DNA of 36,983 bases from the NCBI GenBank assembly GCA_046757525.1, contig JBHHYI010000020.1, positions 1 to 36,983 of the forward strand. Reading direction: 5' to 3'. Made by a program: the position numbers and the translations under genes. Shown piece by piece: positions 26,518-34,904 of this stretch (positions are counted from its first letter, which is position 1; every line of letters begins with the position of its first letter). Under the pieces are notes generated by a model, which did no database searches, was not told where the DNA came from, and worked only from the letters and a program-made list of their open reading frames with translations. The stretch comes from a bacterium (GTDB taxonomy: Bacteria; Zhuqueibacterota; Zhuqueibacteria; Oceanimicrobiales; Oceanimicrobiaceae).

Positions 26518-28929
26518 TCAAAAAGAAAAATTCAACCCGGCCCAAAACCTAACTTCACTTGATAGTGCTACGCCTTGTTCCTCAAGGGATTTCACGGCGA
26601 CTAAATTTACTGCACTTTCTTTAGCGAACCCCGAAAAAAAATAGGCTAACCCAAAAGAAAGTTGATTAAGGGAACCTAAGTTGTCGGAATCGGCAAGATA
26701 TTTTTGAGCGAATAACTCTGAAGACATTCCCGGATCGATTTTTACCTGTTCTGGATTCCATTCTCGATTCGGGTAGCCACTCGCTTTAAAAAATTGCCCC
26801 TTGAAACGCCATCGACTTGATAGGTAATACATGAATGAGACATTGAAAATGTTTTCTCTACTAAAATAAGGACGGAATACCGTGCCTCCCTCACTTTCAT
26901 AGGTTTCGTGATTTATGGTATAGCTGGCCCATCCCTGCAAACGTCCTACGATCTTGCCAAGCCAGAATTCGGTGCCTTTGCTTGTGCCTTGTTGAAGCGG
27001 CAGTAACCACACCTGTCGATTGATTCTTGATAAGTAAGCGCGGTCATTGAAATGGTACTTCTTGTGAAAAAATGATAGAGAGAACGCCAAATCATGCCCG
27101 AGCGCCATGGAGACTTCGCCGCGTACATGATCGGCTCGGGAAGGTTCAGCAGAGGAGGTCTTGACTAAGAATTCTCCTGCGCCTGATTTATCCCCTGATT
27201 TGGCCTCGGAAGCATAACTGCGGTCGGTGAATTGATGATATTGACCAGCGGCAACCAAAAAATGTAGAATTCTTAACGGCGTGACGATTAAGCTTGCTCG
27301 TGGTTCCAGCCTCAGAAGGCCGTTCTCTAAGTTGTTCGGTATGCGCACACCCATCTGCACTTGCCAGAATTTCTGAACAACATCTAAGCCAAAATAGGGG
27401 GAAAGAACGGTAGCTTTTTGGTTAAAGGCATGTAAAGGAAAGGAATCGAAATGCAAGAATCGTTCTCGGACGAATTTGAATTCCTCTACACTATCTAATG
27501 CGGCCGTGCCGTGACTGCCTAAACGGAAAAAGTCCAGGCCGAATTTTGTGACGACGGATTTAGTCAGTCTTTGTTGCATCTGCCATTTGATGCCGGCCTC
27601 TTGCTGCTGGCTTGCTAAAGCGGAACGGTAAACCAGAAGGGAAAAATTGTTTCCGTGTTCCGAACGATAGTCGTATCGCAGTCCTAAGTTTTGACTGAAC
27701 AATCGCGCTGTTTCCTGACTGTTACTCTGGTTAAAAGAGCCCAGACTCGTGAGAGCGAGCAAAGTGAGTTTTTTCCGTTTTGAGAATTGAACTTCAAGTT
27801 TGTTGAAGAAATCGTGGCCCTGAAATCCACTAAACCTCAAGGTATTGTCGAACTTGCCACTTCGCCAAATGCTGGCCCAGCCGATTCTTTGGGAATGCTT
27901 TTTGAAGCTAAAAGATAAACCGCTCAGGCTGGTACTTGAATAGGTGTTGAATGGTATTTCCTTGATATGCTGAGTGTGGAGTTCGATCACTCCAGACATG
28001 GCTTCCCCGTGTTGAACTCCATAACCAGAACGATGAAGTGTGAGACTCTCAATTATTGGCGCAGCAAAAATGCTGCGGCGATTCCGTCCATAGGTGGGTA
28101 CGTAAATAGGCATGCCATCCAATTCCACCAGAACTTCCGTCGCCCCGCCGCCTTCAATGTGGGGAAAGACGTCATCCGGGTCGCGTCGAGACACCCCCGG
28201 CTGTTGGTGGAGAATTTCAAAGATTTCTCCATCGTTCATTAAAGGTGGCAAATTAAGTTGAGCTTTTGTAAGCGTCTGCTTTGATAAAAGTAAGTTGTGG
28301 TTTTTAGTTAAATGCGTGTCCTCAACGATTATCTCGGGAGTGAGCAGGGGCTCGAGTTCCAAGGCGATGTTTACGCGCCTGTCAGAATTGCCTAAGATTT
28401 GTAACTCCAAATGTAAACCTTTATATCCGATTCTTTGTACCACGATTCGGTGACGGCCTGGTGGTATTTGCTTTAATTCAAACAACCCTCGTGCATTGGT
28501 TGTCGAGCCCAATTTCAATTCTGCCAAAAATACATTCGCACCCGCAATGGGTTGCTGACTTCGAGCATCCACCACCTGACCCAATAAATTTGCTGGCAGG
28601 TCTCGCGTTTCAGACCGCGGTACGATTACCCAAAAATCAGAGCTTTGGTGGATAAAATCAAAAGGCGTGCTCCGCAATATTTTTTTCAAGGCGCGGTGAG
28701 GCGGGTCTGCAACTCGAATGAATATCTGAAAAGAATCGACCAGGGAGTTAACATAGAGCAGTCGAATGCCGCTTTGTCTTTCAAATTCCTCCAAAACGTC
28801 TCCCAAGTTTTGGTAATGGGCCATGATTTTAACGATGGGTTCGCTTTGGCTGTGCAGCACATGGCTGGATCCTGCAAAAAGCCAAACGGCCATCATTAAA
28901 GTCATGAATGATATCTTTCTAAGCATCAC
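26518..28929 (-). CDS. TonB-dependent receptor/transducer (STN-like signalling domain, carboxypeptidase-regulatory-like domain, plug, barrel)
   Basis: NLGDVLEEFERQSGIRLLY (STN-like), GQVVDARSQQPIAGANV...GSTTNARGLF, plug LHQQPGV..IEGG..LDGMPIY..SGVIEL, and terminal aromatic GLNFSF. Confidence 0.88.
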   Translation of the reverse strand: MMLRKISFMTLMMAVWLFAGSSHVLHSQSEPIVKIMAHYQNLGDVLEEFERQSGIRLLYVNSLVDSFQIFIRVADPPHRALKKILRSTPFDFIHQSSDFWVIVPRSETRDLPANLLGQVVDARSQQPIAGANVFLAELKLGSTTNARGLFELKQIPPGRHRIVVQRIGYKGLHLELQILGNSDRRVNIALELEPLLTPEIIVEDTHLTKNHNLLLSKQTLTKAQLNLPPLMNDGEIFEILHQQPGVSRRDPDDVFPHIEGGGATEVLVELDGMPIYVPTYGRNRRSIFAAPIIESLTLHRSGYGVQHGEAMSGVIELHTQHIKEIPFNTYSSTSLSGLSFSFKKHSQRIGWASIWRSGKFDNTLRFSGFQGHDFFNKLEVQFSKRKKLTLLALTSLGSFNQSNSQETARLFSQNLGLRYDYRSEHGNNFSLLVYRSALASQQQEAGIKWQMQQRLTKSVVTKFGLDFFRLGSHGTAALDSVEEFKFVRERFLHFDSFPLHAFNQKATVLSPYFGLDVVQKFWQVQMGVRIPNNLENGLLRLEPRASLIVTPLRILHFLVAAGQYHQFTDRSYASEAKSGDKSGAGEFLVKTSSAEPSRADHVRGEVSMALGHDLAFSLSFFHKKYHFNDRAYLSRINRQVWLLPLQQGTSKGTEFWLGKIVGRLQGWASYTINHETYESEGGTVFRPYFSRENIFNVSFMYYLSSRWRFKGQFFKASGYPNREWNPEQVKIDPGMSSELFAQKYLADSDNLGSLNQLSFGLAYFFSGFAKESAVNLVAVKSLEEQGVALSSEVRFWAGLNFSF

Positions 28930-29016
28930 TCATCTCTCCACGCGTGATTTTAGTTCGTTAATTGAATTTCTTTTATTTCTTTCCCATTTCTAATATCAGA
29001 AAAACGCTTATGGATT

Positions 29017-29898
29017 TCAGCCGGGGAACCAACCTACAAATACATCACTTAAAGTGAGATGATCGAGAACAATCTCATTCTCGCCATTTTCATCAAAAAA
29101 ATGAATGTCTTGGAGAATGATGGTTGTTTTATAGCCCCCTCCGGGTTGAAGGTCATGAATGGAGACACCTACCTGTCCTTTTTTACCAATCCATTTTTTG
29201 GGCTCTTTATTATTATAGCCAACATCATTACAATAAAGTCCCCAAATAAATTCATTCCCTTCCGGTAAAGAATCGTAGAAATCTACAAAGACTTCTAAAC
29301 TCTCAGGTTCATCTTCAAGATTAAAAGTTTTAATTTTTGATGATAAGGCCAATTTTTGAGTATCTGCTTTTACCACGATGGCTTCGATGTCGGCGTCATT
29401 GATGTTGTAGACAAAAAAATTACCGCAACCATGACCACTGGAATCTTCAAATGACAGGGTTGGCAGAAGATTGCTCTGCGGTCTACCCCAGACAAAGACC
29501 GTATCCATTTCTGAAAATCGCCTCGGAAAATATGAGTTACTGAAAATTTCGTAACGGCCATCCTGTGCGTTTACAAAAACATACTGCGAGGGATGTGGCC
29601 AATTTAAAATTAAGTACCAATTATCAATGAAAAAGAACCAACTATCAAAATCGACGGCAAAAAGTTCATTTTCTTCATTAGCAACAAAAACCGAATCATT
29701 TTTTTCTATTAATTCCGGCAAAACAAATACTCCTTTGAGATGGGTGTTTGAGCCTATGATTTCACTCAAAACGATATTGGCAGCTTCATTTCGTGAAATC
29801 ATCTGTGGAGACTGTATAGGTGTACTATTTTTGCCACACGATATCATACCTAAGAAAAGAAAACATAATAATTGATATTGCAGGATTGTTCTTACCAT
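29017..29898 (-). CDS. Hypothetical lipoprotein
   Basis: MVRTILQYQLLCFLFLGMIS-C lipobox. The longer ORF-track start (29967) lies inside the MITE. An alternative ATG is at 29913. Confidence 0.75.
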   Translation of the reverse strand: MVRTILQYQLLCFLFLGMISCGKNSTPIQSPQMISRNEAANIVLSEIIGSNTHLKGVFVLPELIEKNDSVFVANEENELFAVDFDSWFFFIDNWYLILNWPHPSQYVFVNAQDGRYEIFSNSYFPRRFSEMDTVFVWGRPQSNLLPTLSFEDSSGHGCGNFFVYNINDADIEAIVVKADTQKLALSSKIKTFNLEDEPESLEVFVDFYDSLPEGNEFIWGLYCNDVGYNNKEPKKWIGKKGQVGVSIHDLQPGGGYKTTIILQDIHFFDENGENEIVLDHLTLSDVFVGWFPG

Positions 29899-29913
29899 AT
29901 TGCTACGTTCCAT

Positions 29914-30075
29914 GTAACAGTTCAGGCCGTAGATGGATCGTTCAGTATGTTTATGCTGAACGCACATTAAGTCGGGATATTTATCCCCATCGAGACTGCT
30001 GCGAGAACAGATGTTCCCTATTAATTTACGTTCAGGATAAATATCCTTAACGATCGCTATCGGGTGAACTGTTAC
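29914..30075. mobile_element. 162-bp MITE with 11-bp perfect terminal inverted repeats and 8-bp target-site duplication
   Basis: GTAACAGTTCA (29914-29924) / TGAACTGTTAC (30065-30075). CGTTCCAT directly flanks both ends (29906-29913 and 30076-30083). Inner dyad ggatatttatcc / ggataaatatcc. Confidence 0.92.
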
Positions 30076-30146
30076 CGTTCCATCAACTCACGTTCTTCTC
30101 TTCAATCATCTTAAGCTTTCGCTTTCTTTACTCTTGCTTTTAAGGC

Positions 30147-31181
30147 CTACTTTGGCATCAGCCGATAACCTCGAGCACCTTTTGTATACCTGACATTCAA
30201 AGCCGCGGCCAACGCCTGCACCATTTTCGGCAGCGGTTCCTCCGTAAAGCTGCCGGTGATGGTATGCTGCAGTAAACTGGAGTCGGCCTGGATTTGCACA
30301 TTGAAAAAGCGTTCCATCTCCGCTAACACTTCGTTCAAGGGTTTGCGCCGAAACACTAACCGACCCTCCCGCCAGGCCAGCACATCTTCTGGATTCTCAA
30401 CGGGCCGCAGGCGCACAGATTCTACATCACAAGTGGCCGCTTGACCGGCCGCGATTTCAATCTGATCGTCCCCCTGAGAGAGCTTTGGTCGGATAGTCAC
30501 TCTACCTCGTTTTACAAACACAATCGTTTCGTATTCCCATGATCTGAGGTTAAATTCCGTGCCGACTACCTCGGTTGTGGCTTGCGGCGTTTCTACCACA
30601 AACGACCTGTCGCCGTGCTCAACTTCAAAATAGCCTTCGCCCCGCAATTCCACTTTGCGTATTTTTGAGTTGAAGCTTTTCGGATATTTGAAAATGGAAC
30701 CTGCGTTCAGGTGAACAGATGAACCATCTGAGAGAACTAATTTGTATTGTTGGCCATAGGGTACGGTCACGGTTTGCAGGTCTTGGCCGATGCTCGAAGG
30801 CCAAAATTTTACCAAAACAAATAAGATTAAAACCGAAGCGCCGGCGATCGCCCATCTCGATGACAGCCAACTAAAGGAGCTTAATTGCGAAATAAATGCA
30901 ACTAAACGAGATTTAAGGTAGGCTGGTCCTGACTCCATTGCAGGTAAACGGTCGAGTAACCGCTGCCACTGATTTCCCTGTGCTACGCCTTTTGGCACCG
31001 CTAAAGAAGACGATGCCTGCCACACTTGTTGAACCCGGGTCCAGGCTTTTTGATTCTCAGGCGCAGCGTTCAGCCATTTCTCTAACTGTTTTCTTTCAGA
31101 GGGGCTCAAGCGCCCATCTTGCCAACGTAAAAAATATCGAGTTAGGTCGAAAGATTCTCTTTTATTCATTTTGATGCTCAA
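30147..31181 (-). CDS. fecR: FecR-family anti-sigma/transmembrane sensor
   Basis: N-terminal LEKWL..PENQKAW, one TM, LSDGSSVHLNAGS, LRGEGYFEV, VVGTEFNL and AWREGRLVFRRKPL.EVL. Confidence 0.93.
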   Translation of the reverse strand: MSIKMNKRESFDLTRYFLRWQDGRLSPSERKQLEKWLNAAPENQKAWTRVQQVWQASSSLAVPKGVAQGNQWQRLLDRLPAMESGPAYLKSRLVAFISQLSSFSWLSSRWAIAGASVLILFVLVKFWPSSIGQDLQTVTVPYGQQYKLVLSDGSSVHLNAGSIFKYPKSFNSKIRKVELRGEGYFEVEHGDRSFVVETPQATTEVVGTEFNLRSWEYETIVFVKRGRVTIRPKLSQGDDQIEIAAGQAATCDVESVRLRPVENPEDVLAWREGRLVFRRKPLNEVLAEMERFFNVQIQADSSLLQHTITGSFTEEPLPKMVQALAAALNVRYTKGARGYRLMPK

Positions 31182-31194
31182 AGGAATTTGATTA

Positions 31195-33090
31195 TTATTT
31201 CAACAATAGAAGTGTTTTTGTTTCAACAAAGACTTGCCCTGAGCCAGTCGAAGGGTTGTCGGCTTGCAATTGATAAATATAAACGCCACCTGCTATTCCA
31301 GAGGCATCCCACGGCACTTCATATTCTCCAGGATTGAGTCTTTCATTCACCAGTGTTGCAATTTCGCGTCCGAGGATATCATAAATTTTTAGTGTGACTT
31401 TGGTGGCTTTTGGAATCACAAAACGTATGGTGGTGGTGGGGTTGAAGGGATTGGGGTAGTTTTGCTCTAATGCGAAATGGCCAGGGCTTTTGTTCGTACG
31501 ACTTTTGACCGAAGTCACAGTTTGGACACTTCGAAACACGCCATCGCTATTAGTACCGGTCAGTAAATGTCCTGTGGAATCAATAGCAAGCGCATGGATG
31601 TTAAGATTCGTTAGACCGTTGTTGATTTCGGTCCAGGTGACGCCATTATCTTCAGAGACTAAAACTCCAGTAGACGTGCCTGCGAAAATGTCACCTCTGG
31701 AGTTCAAGGCAAAACTTTGCACGGAGCGATCAGTTAGACCAGTTTGACTCCACGTCTCGCTATTATCGGTTGAAAGAAAAATCCCTTTGGATGTTCCGGC
31801 CCAAATTTGTTGGCTGAGATCGACAACGAGCGCCTGCACAGTCTTGTCCATTAACCCTGTATTGGTCGGCACCCAGGAACTTCCGTTATCGAACGAACGC
31901 AAGATTCCCTGGTCCTGAGTGCCAGCAAAAAGTTCATCTTTCTTATTGAGGGCTAACGCATTAACTTTGTCATTTAAGTAATTACCATCGTTGTTTAAAT
32001 CTACGATCCTGCTCCAGGTATTACCATTGTCTAAGGAGTACAAGATGCCGTTTTGTGAAGCTGCGAAAAGGTCGCCTTTGGAATTTATCACGAGAGAACG
32101 ATTGTATATGGAGTGGCCTATGCTGAGGCGTGTCCAGCTTTGACCATTATCGTTGGAGCCAAAGATATTATTAGCTGTTCCTACAAACATACTCCCCTTT
32201 GAATCCATTGCAAAAGATTCGACGTCATAGGTATTGGTCAATCCCGCCTGGTTCCAGCTTTGACCATCATCCGTTGAGCTTACGATACCTTTAGTGAACG
32301 TCCCGGCCAGAATCTTGCCCTGCGATGTAACAAAAAGAGCATTGATTCTTACTCCTTCCCAGGGGAAATACAACCCATGATTAATTTGGCGCCATGTTTC
32401 GCCGTTATCTGCGGAACGGAAGAATATGGTTATATTACCCGGGAAATCGCTCACGGCCGAACCTGCAACGACTTCGTTCTCACCGTGGGTGGCAAGCGTT
32501 GCAATTCCAGGAACCGACAGAATCATTTGCCAGTTTAGACCGCCATCAAGAGATCGATACATACCTCCGGTACCGCCTGTAAAAATATCGCCGTTAGAAT
32601 TGATGCCAATGGAAGAAATGTAAAGGTCCGCAAGCCCGCTGGACATCCAGGTTTCACCTCTGTCTGTAGACTTGAATAGTCCACCGTCTGTTCCACTGAG
32701 AACAAATCCGCTCGGATGAATGGCCAGTGCATTGACTACGGTATCTGCCAGGCCGGTATTAAGCAGTTCCCAGCTCTCTCCTCCATTTGTTGAACGAAAC
32801 ACACCTTCTATGGTGCCCGCAAAGATATCCCCGGTGGAACTAACAGCAAGGGCGTCAACCCAAACGTTTTTCAAGCTGGTTTTTGTCCAGTTGGCACCGT
32901 TGTTTGTAGAACGAAAGATGCCAAAATGGTTGGCTGCAAAAAGATTCCCATTTTGACTAATGGCCAGAGCATTGACTCTGTCGCCAAAGGGTTCATTCAC
33001 TTGCTGCCAGGTGATTTGTTGGGAGTGTCCACTATGGAGCATTACTAAAACGGCTAAGGCGCTAAGCAGTGTTTTGAGACCATTAGGCAT
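31195..33090 (-). CDS. Secreted BNR/Asp-box beta-propeller protein with T9SS type-A sorting domain
   Basis: About 11 repeats of GxFxSxDxGxxW. C-terminal LEQNYPNPFNPTTTIRF...GGVYIYQL...TKTLLLLK. Confidence 0.9.
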   Translation of the reverse strand: MPNGLKTLLSALAVLVMLHSGHSQQITWQQVNEPFGDRVNALAISQNGNLFAANHFGIFRSTNNGANWTKTSLKNVWVDALAVSSTGDIFAGTIEGVFRSTNGGESWELLNTGLADTVVNALAIHPSGFVLSGTDGGLFKSTDRGETWMSSGLADLYISSIGINSNGDIFTGGTGGMYRSLDGGLNWQMILSVPGIATLATHGENEVVAGSAVSDFPGNITIFFRSADNGETWRQINHGLYFPWEGVRINALFVTSQGKILAGTFTKGIVSSTDDGQSWNQAGLTNTYDVESFAMDSKGSMFVGTANNIFGSNDNGQSWTRLSIGHSIYNRSLVINSKGDLFAASQNGILYSLDNGNTWSRIVDLNNDGNYLNDKVNALALNKKDELFAGTQDQGILRSFDNGSSWVPTNTGLMDKTVQALVVDLSQQIWAGTSKGIFLSTDNSETWSQTGLTDRSVQSFALNSRGDIFAGTSTGVLVSEDNGVTWTEINNGLTNLNIHALAIDSTGHLLTGTNSDGVFRSVQTVTSVKSRTNKSPGHFALEQNYPNPFNPTTTIRFVIPKATKVTLKIYDILGREIATLVNERLNPGEYEVPWDASGIAGGVYIYQLQADNPSTGSGQVFVETKTLLLLK

Positions 33091-33169
33091 GTTCTGTACT
33101 ATCTCTAAGTATTTGAAAAAAAGAGTGTATTATTGTTCAGCGCTTCACTCTCTTGCCTTTCTACACAGA

Positions 33170-33197
33170 TAGACGAATTTTTGGCCAACAACCCCCA
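33170..33197 (-). promoter_or_regulatory. Candidate ECF-sigma promoter downstream of the sigma gene
   Basis: Minus strand tGGGGG-N16-CGTCTA. CGTC-type -10 with ECF-like spacing, in the position where fecR normally follows the sigma gene. Confidence 0.45.
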
Positions 33198-33234
33198 TAG
33201 AAATTTTCATTTTTTTTAAAGCCGCGGATATTGC

Positions 33235-33282
33235 GTAACGCAAACGTCCGCGTTTGCTTCTCAATCTGGACGATTGAGTTAC
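33235..33282. repeat. GTAA-headed REP-like inverted doublet overlapping the sigma-factor stop codon
   Basis: gtaacgcaaacgtccgcgtttgc followed by ctcaatctggacgattgagttac. Same family as gtaacgcaatcgtc.cgattgc at 16836 and 33898. Confidence 0.75.
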
Positions 33283-33845
33283 AAGTTATTCACGAGGTCT
33301 AATTTTTCCAACCGTTTTTTCAAAATCAGCAGCGCTTTGCCAATATGCTTCTCTACGGTTTTGATGGAAATCCCCATGACTTCGGCAATTTCTTTATGGG
33401 GCAATTCTTCATATCGACTGAGGAGGAAAGCGGTACGGGGTCTATCAGGGAGGAAGCAAATTGTGTCATCAATGATTTGGGCCAATTGGCGATATTCGGG
33501 CGCACTTTCGGAGGATTGCGAGGCTAACGTGTGTTCTTCATCAATAGATTGAACTGGCTTTTGTCGTTTTGCCTTTCGAAGAAAATCCGTGGCCAGATTA
33601 CTGGCAATACGGAATAAGTAAATCTCCAGATTACTCTCCCGATTGAGTCTTTTGCGGGCTTGCCAGAGTCGGAGAAAAGTTTCCTGTACGAGGTCTTCAG
33701 CAATTTCTACAGACCGCAATTTTAGCCAAAGAAAACGGTAAAGCCGAGGCTGAAATTCCAGGAAAATTGCGCGAAAAACATCCTTGTCTCCACAGCGTAA
33801 AGCCTGAATATCTTCTTGAGTAAGTTTTATTTTGGTTTCAGCCAT
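33279..33845 (-). CDS. ECF sigma factor (FecI-like)
   Basis: Region 2 AEDLVQETFLRLW..YLFRIASN and region 4 LPDRPRTAFLLSRYEEL..KEIAEVMGISIKTVEKHI. Confidence 0.95.
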   Translation of the reverse strand: MAETKIKLTQEDIQALRCGDKDVFRAIFLEFQPRLYRFLWLKLRSVEIAEDLVQETFLRLWQARKRLNRESNLEIYLFRIASNLATDFLRKAKRQKPVQSIDEEHTLASQSSESAPEYRQLAQIIDDTICFLPDRPRTAFLLSRYEELPHKEIAEVMGISIKTVEKHIGKALLILKKRLEKLDLVNNL

Positions 33846-33873
33846 CAGACGGTTTTAAGAATGCTAAAGAACT

Positions 33874-34269
33874 CTTTTAGGAAACGCTCTGTTGTCCGTA
33901 ACGCAATCGTCTCGATTGCGCAGCGTGCTTTTCCATACGACAATTCTCCCTTTGAAGGGAGACAGATTTTCGCTCGTATAGAGCGAAAATCAGTGGGATG
34001 TCTGGCCGCGCGAACCGTGACTTGGGTTTTCAGAACGCCTGTTGAAATCCCCCTGGTTTTTTCGCTGGACGCTTCAAAAACCGTCCCCCTTTCAAAAAGG
34101 GGGATTTCGTATCGACGCCCTTTGTTACACCCTCCCGTGTCATTCAGAAGGAATCTTGTTGGCTGGCTGCACAGTGCTGACCTGTAACGAGATGCTTCCT
34201 GCATGACAGGGCTGCCTTTGGCGTTTCCGACATTTAAAGCAATCCCGTTGCCCCGGATTGCGTGGGCTC
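33874..34269. mobile_element. Composite repeat: copy 2 of the ~100-bp unit split by ~300 bp of other palindromic elements
   Basis: Halves 33874-33919 and 34220-34269 match 16811-16857 and 16861-16910. The insert holds tctcccttt/gaagggaga, gattttcgctc/gagcgaaaatc, gaaatccccct...agggggatttc (33945-34108) and tgtcattc...gcatgaca (34138-34208). Confidence 0.85.
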
Positions 34270-34329
34270 TCAAAAAGCATGTTCTGAATTAAGACAATTT
34301 ATGATGACAGAATGCAAAAAGCAAGCAGT

Positions 34330-34858
34330 ACGGCGACGTTTCCGGTTTCAAAATCTTAGCAATGCCAAACCTTCGGAACGATTGCTGGTGTAACGAGAAT
34401 GTTATCCGTCTTCAGCTCCCGATAGGGGATGAGGTTTTGGTGGGCTGGGGCGCAAACCTGGCGAAACAACTCCAGTCTTTTGCGGATGGTCAGACGGTGG
34501 GAATCTCAAAAGCGATGGATCGGCTCGCCTCGCCTTCTATGTACTTCGTGACGTAATAGGGCAGGCCTTCTTCCGTGAAGCCGCCATCCAGGAAACGCAC
34601 GATATCCGCTTGCTCCAGCGTCGCCAGCGCCTGGCCTTCCGCGCGGAATCGCAGAGCGATCGTTTCGTCGTCCAACCTGCATCGAACACTCTTTATGGCG
34701 ACCTGCGTCTTGACCACCCCATCGTCTCGGACTGCGAGATAAACCACACCCATTCCACCGCGGCCAAGCTCGCGCAGGAGTGGGTAGGGGCCACTTGACG
34801 ATTTTTCTGTCAGCGGCTCCGGTTCTGGTGCGCCAGTGCTCACTCTCCTCTTTAGCAT
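34330..34858 (-). pseudogene. Decayed Hanks-type Ser/Thr protein kinase
   Basis: LGRGGMGVVYLA, VAIK and RFLDGG..GLPY. After a frameshift near 34525: PIHRF*DSHRLTIRKRLELFRQVC..HQNLIPYRELKTDNILVT. After a second shift near 34370: FGIAKIL. HRD has become YRE and the C-lobe is missing. Confidence 0.85.
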
Positions 34859-34904
34859 CTCAGCGAATGAGCGCGACTATTTCCGGGACGGCATTCCGAA
34901 AACA

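Noticed and set aside
29899..29967. Extended N-terminus of the 316-aa ORF
   Set aside because: It derives mostly from MITE sequence. The signal peptide and lipobox fit a start at 29898 or 29913.
16060..34269. CRISPR array among the many palindromes
   Set aside because: There are no regularly spaced direct repeats with unique spacers and no cas genes.
33816..34273. ORFs 33845..34273 (-) and 33816..34187 (+), and likewise 16677..16922 and 16750..17004
   Set aside because: These are read-throughs of the repeat elements. Their shared peptide (IALNVGNA, TIALRT) simply reflects the DNA repeat.
34506..34508. In-frame TGA in the kinase as selenocysteine or recoded stop
   Set aside because: It is accompanied by frameshifts and loss of catalytic residues. 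TGA is a normal stop in many other genes here.
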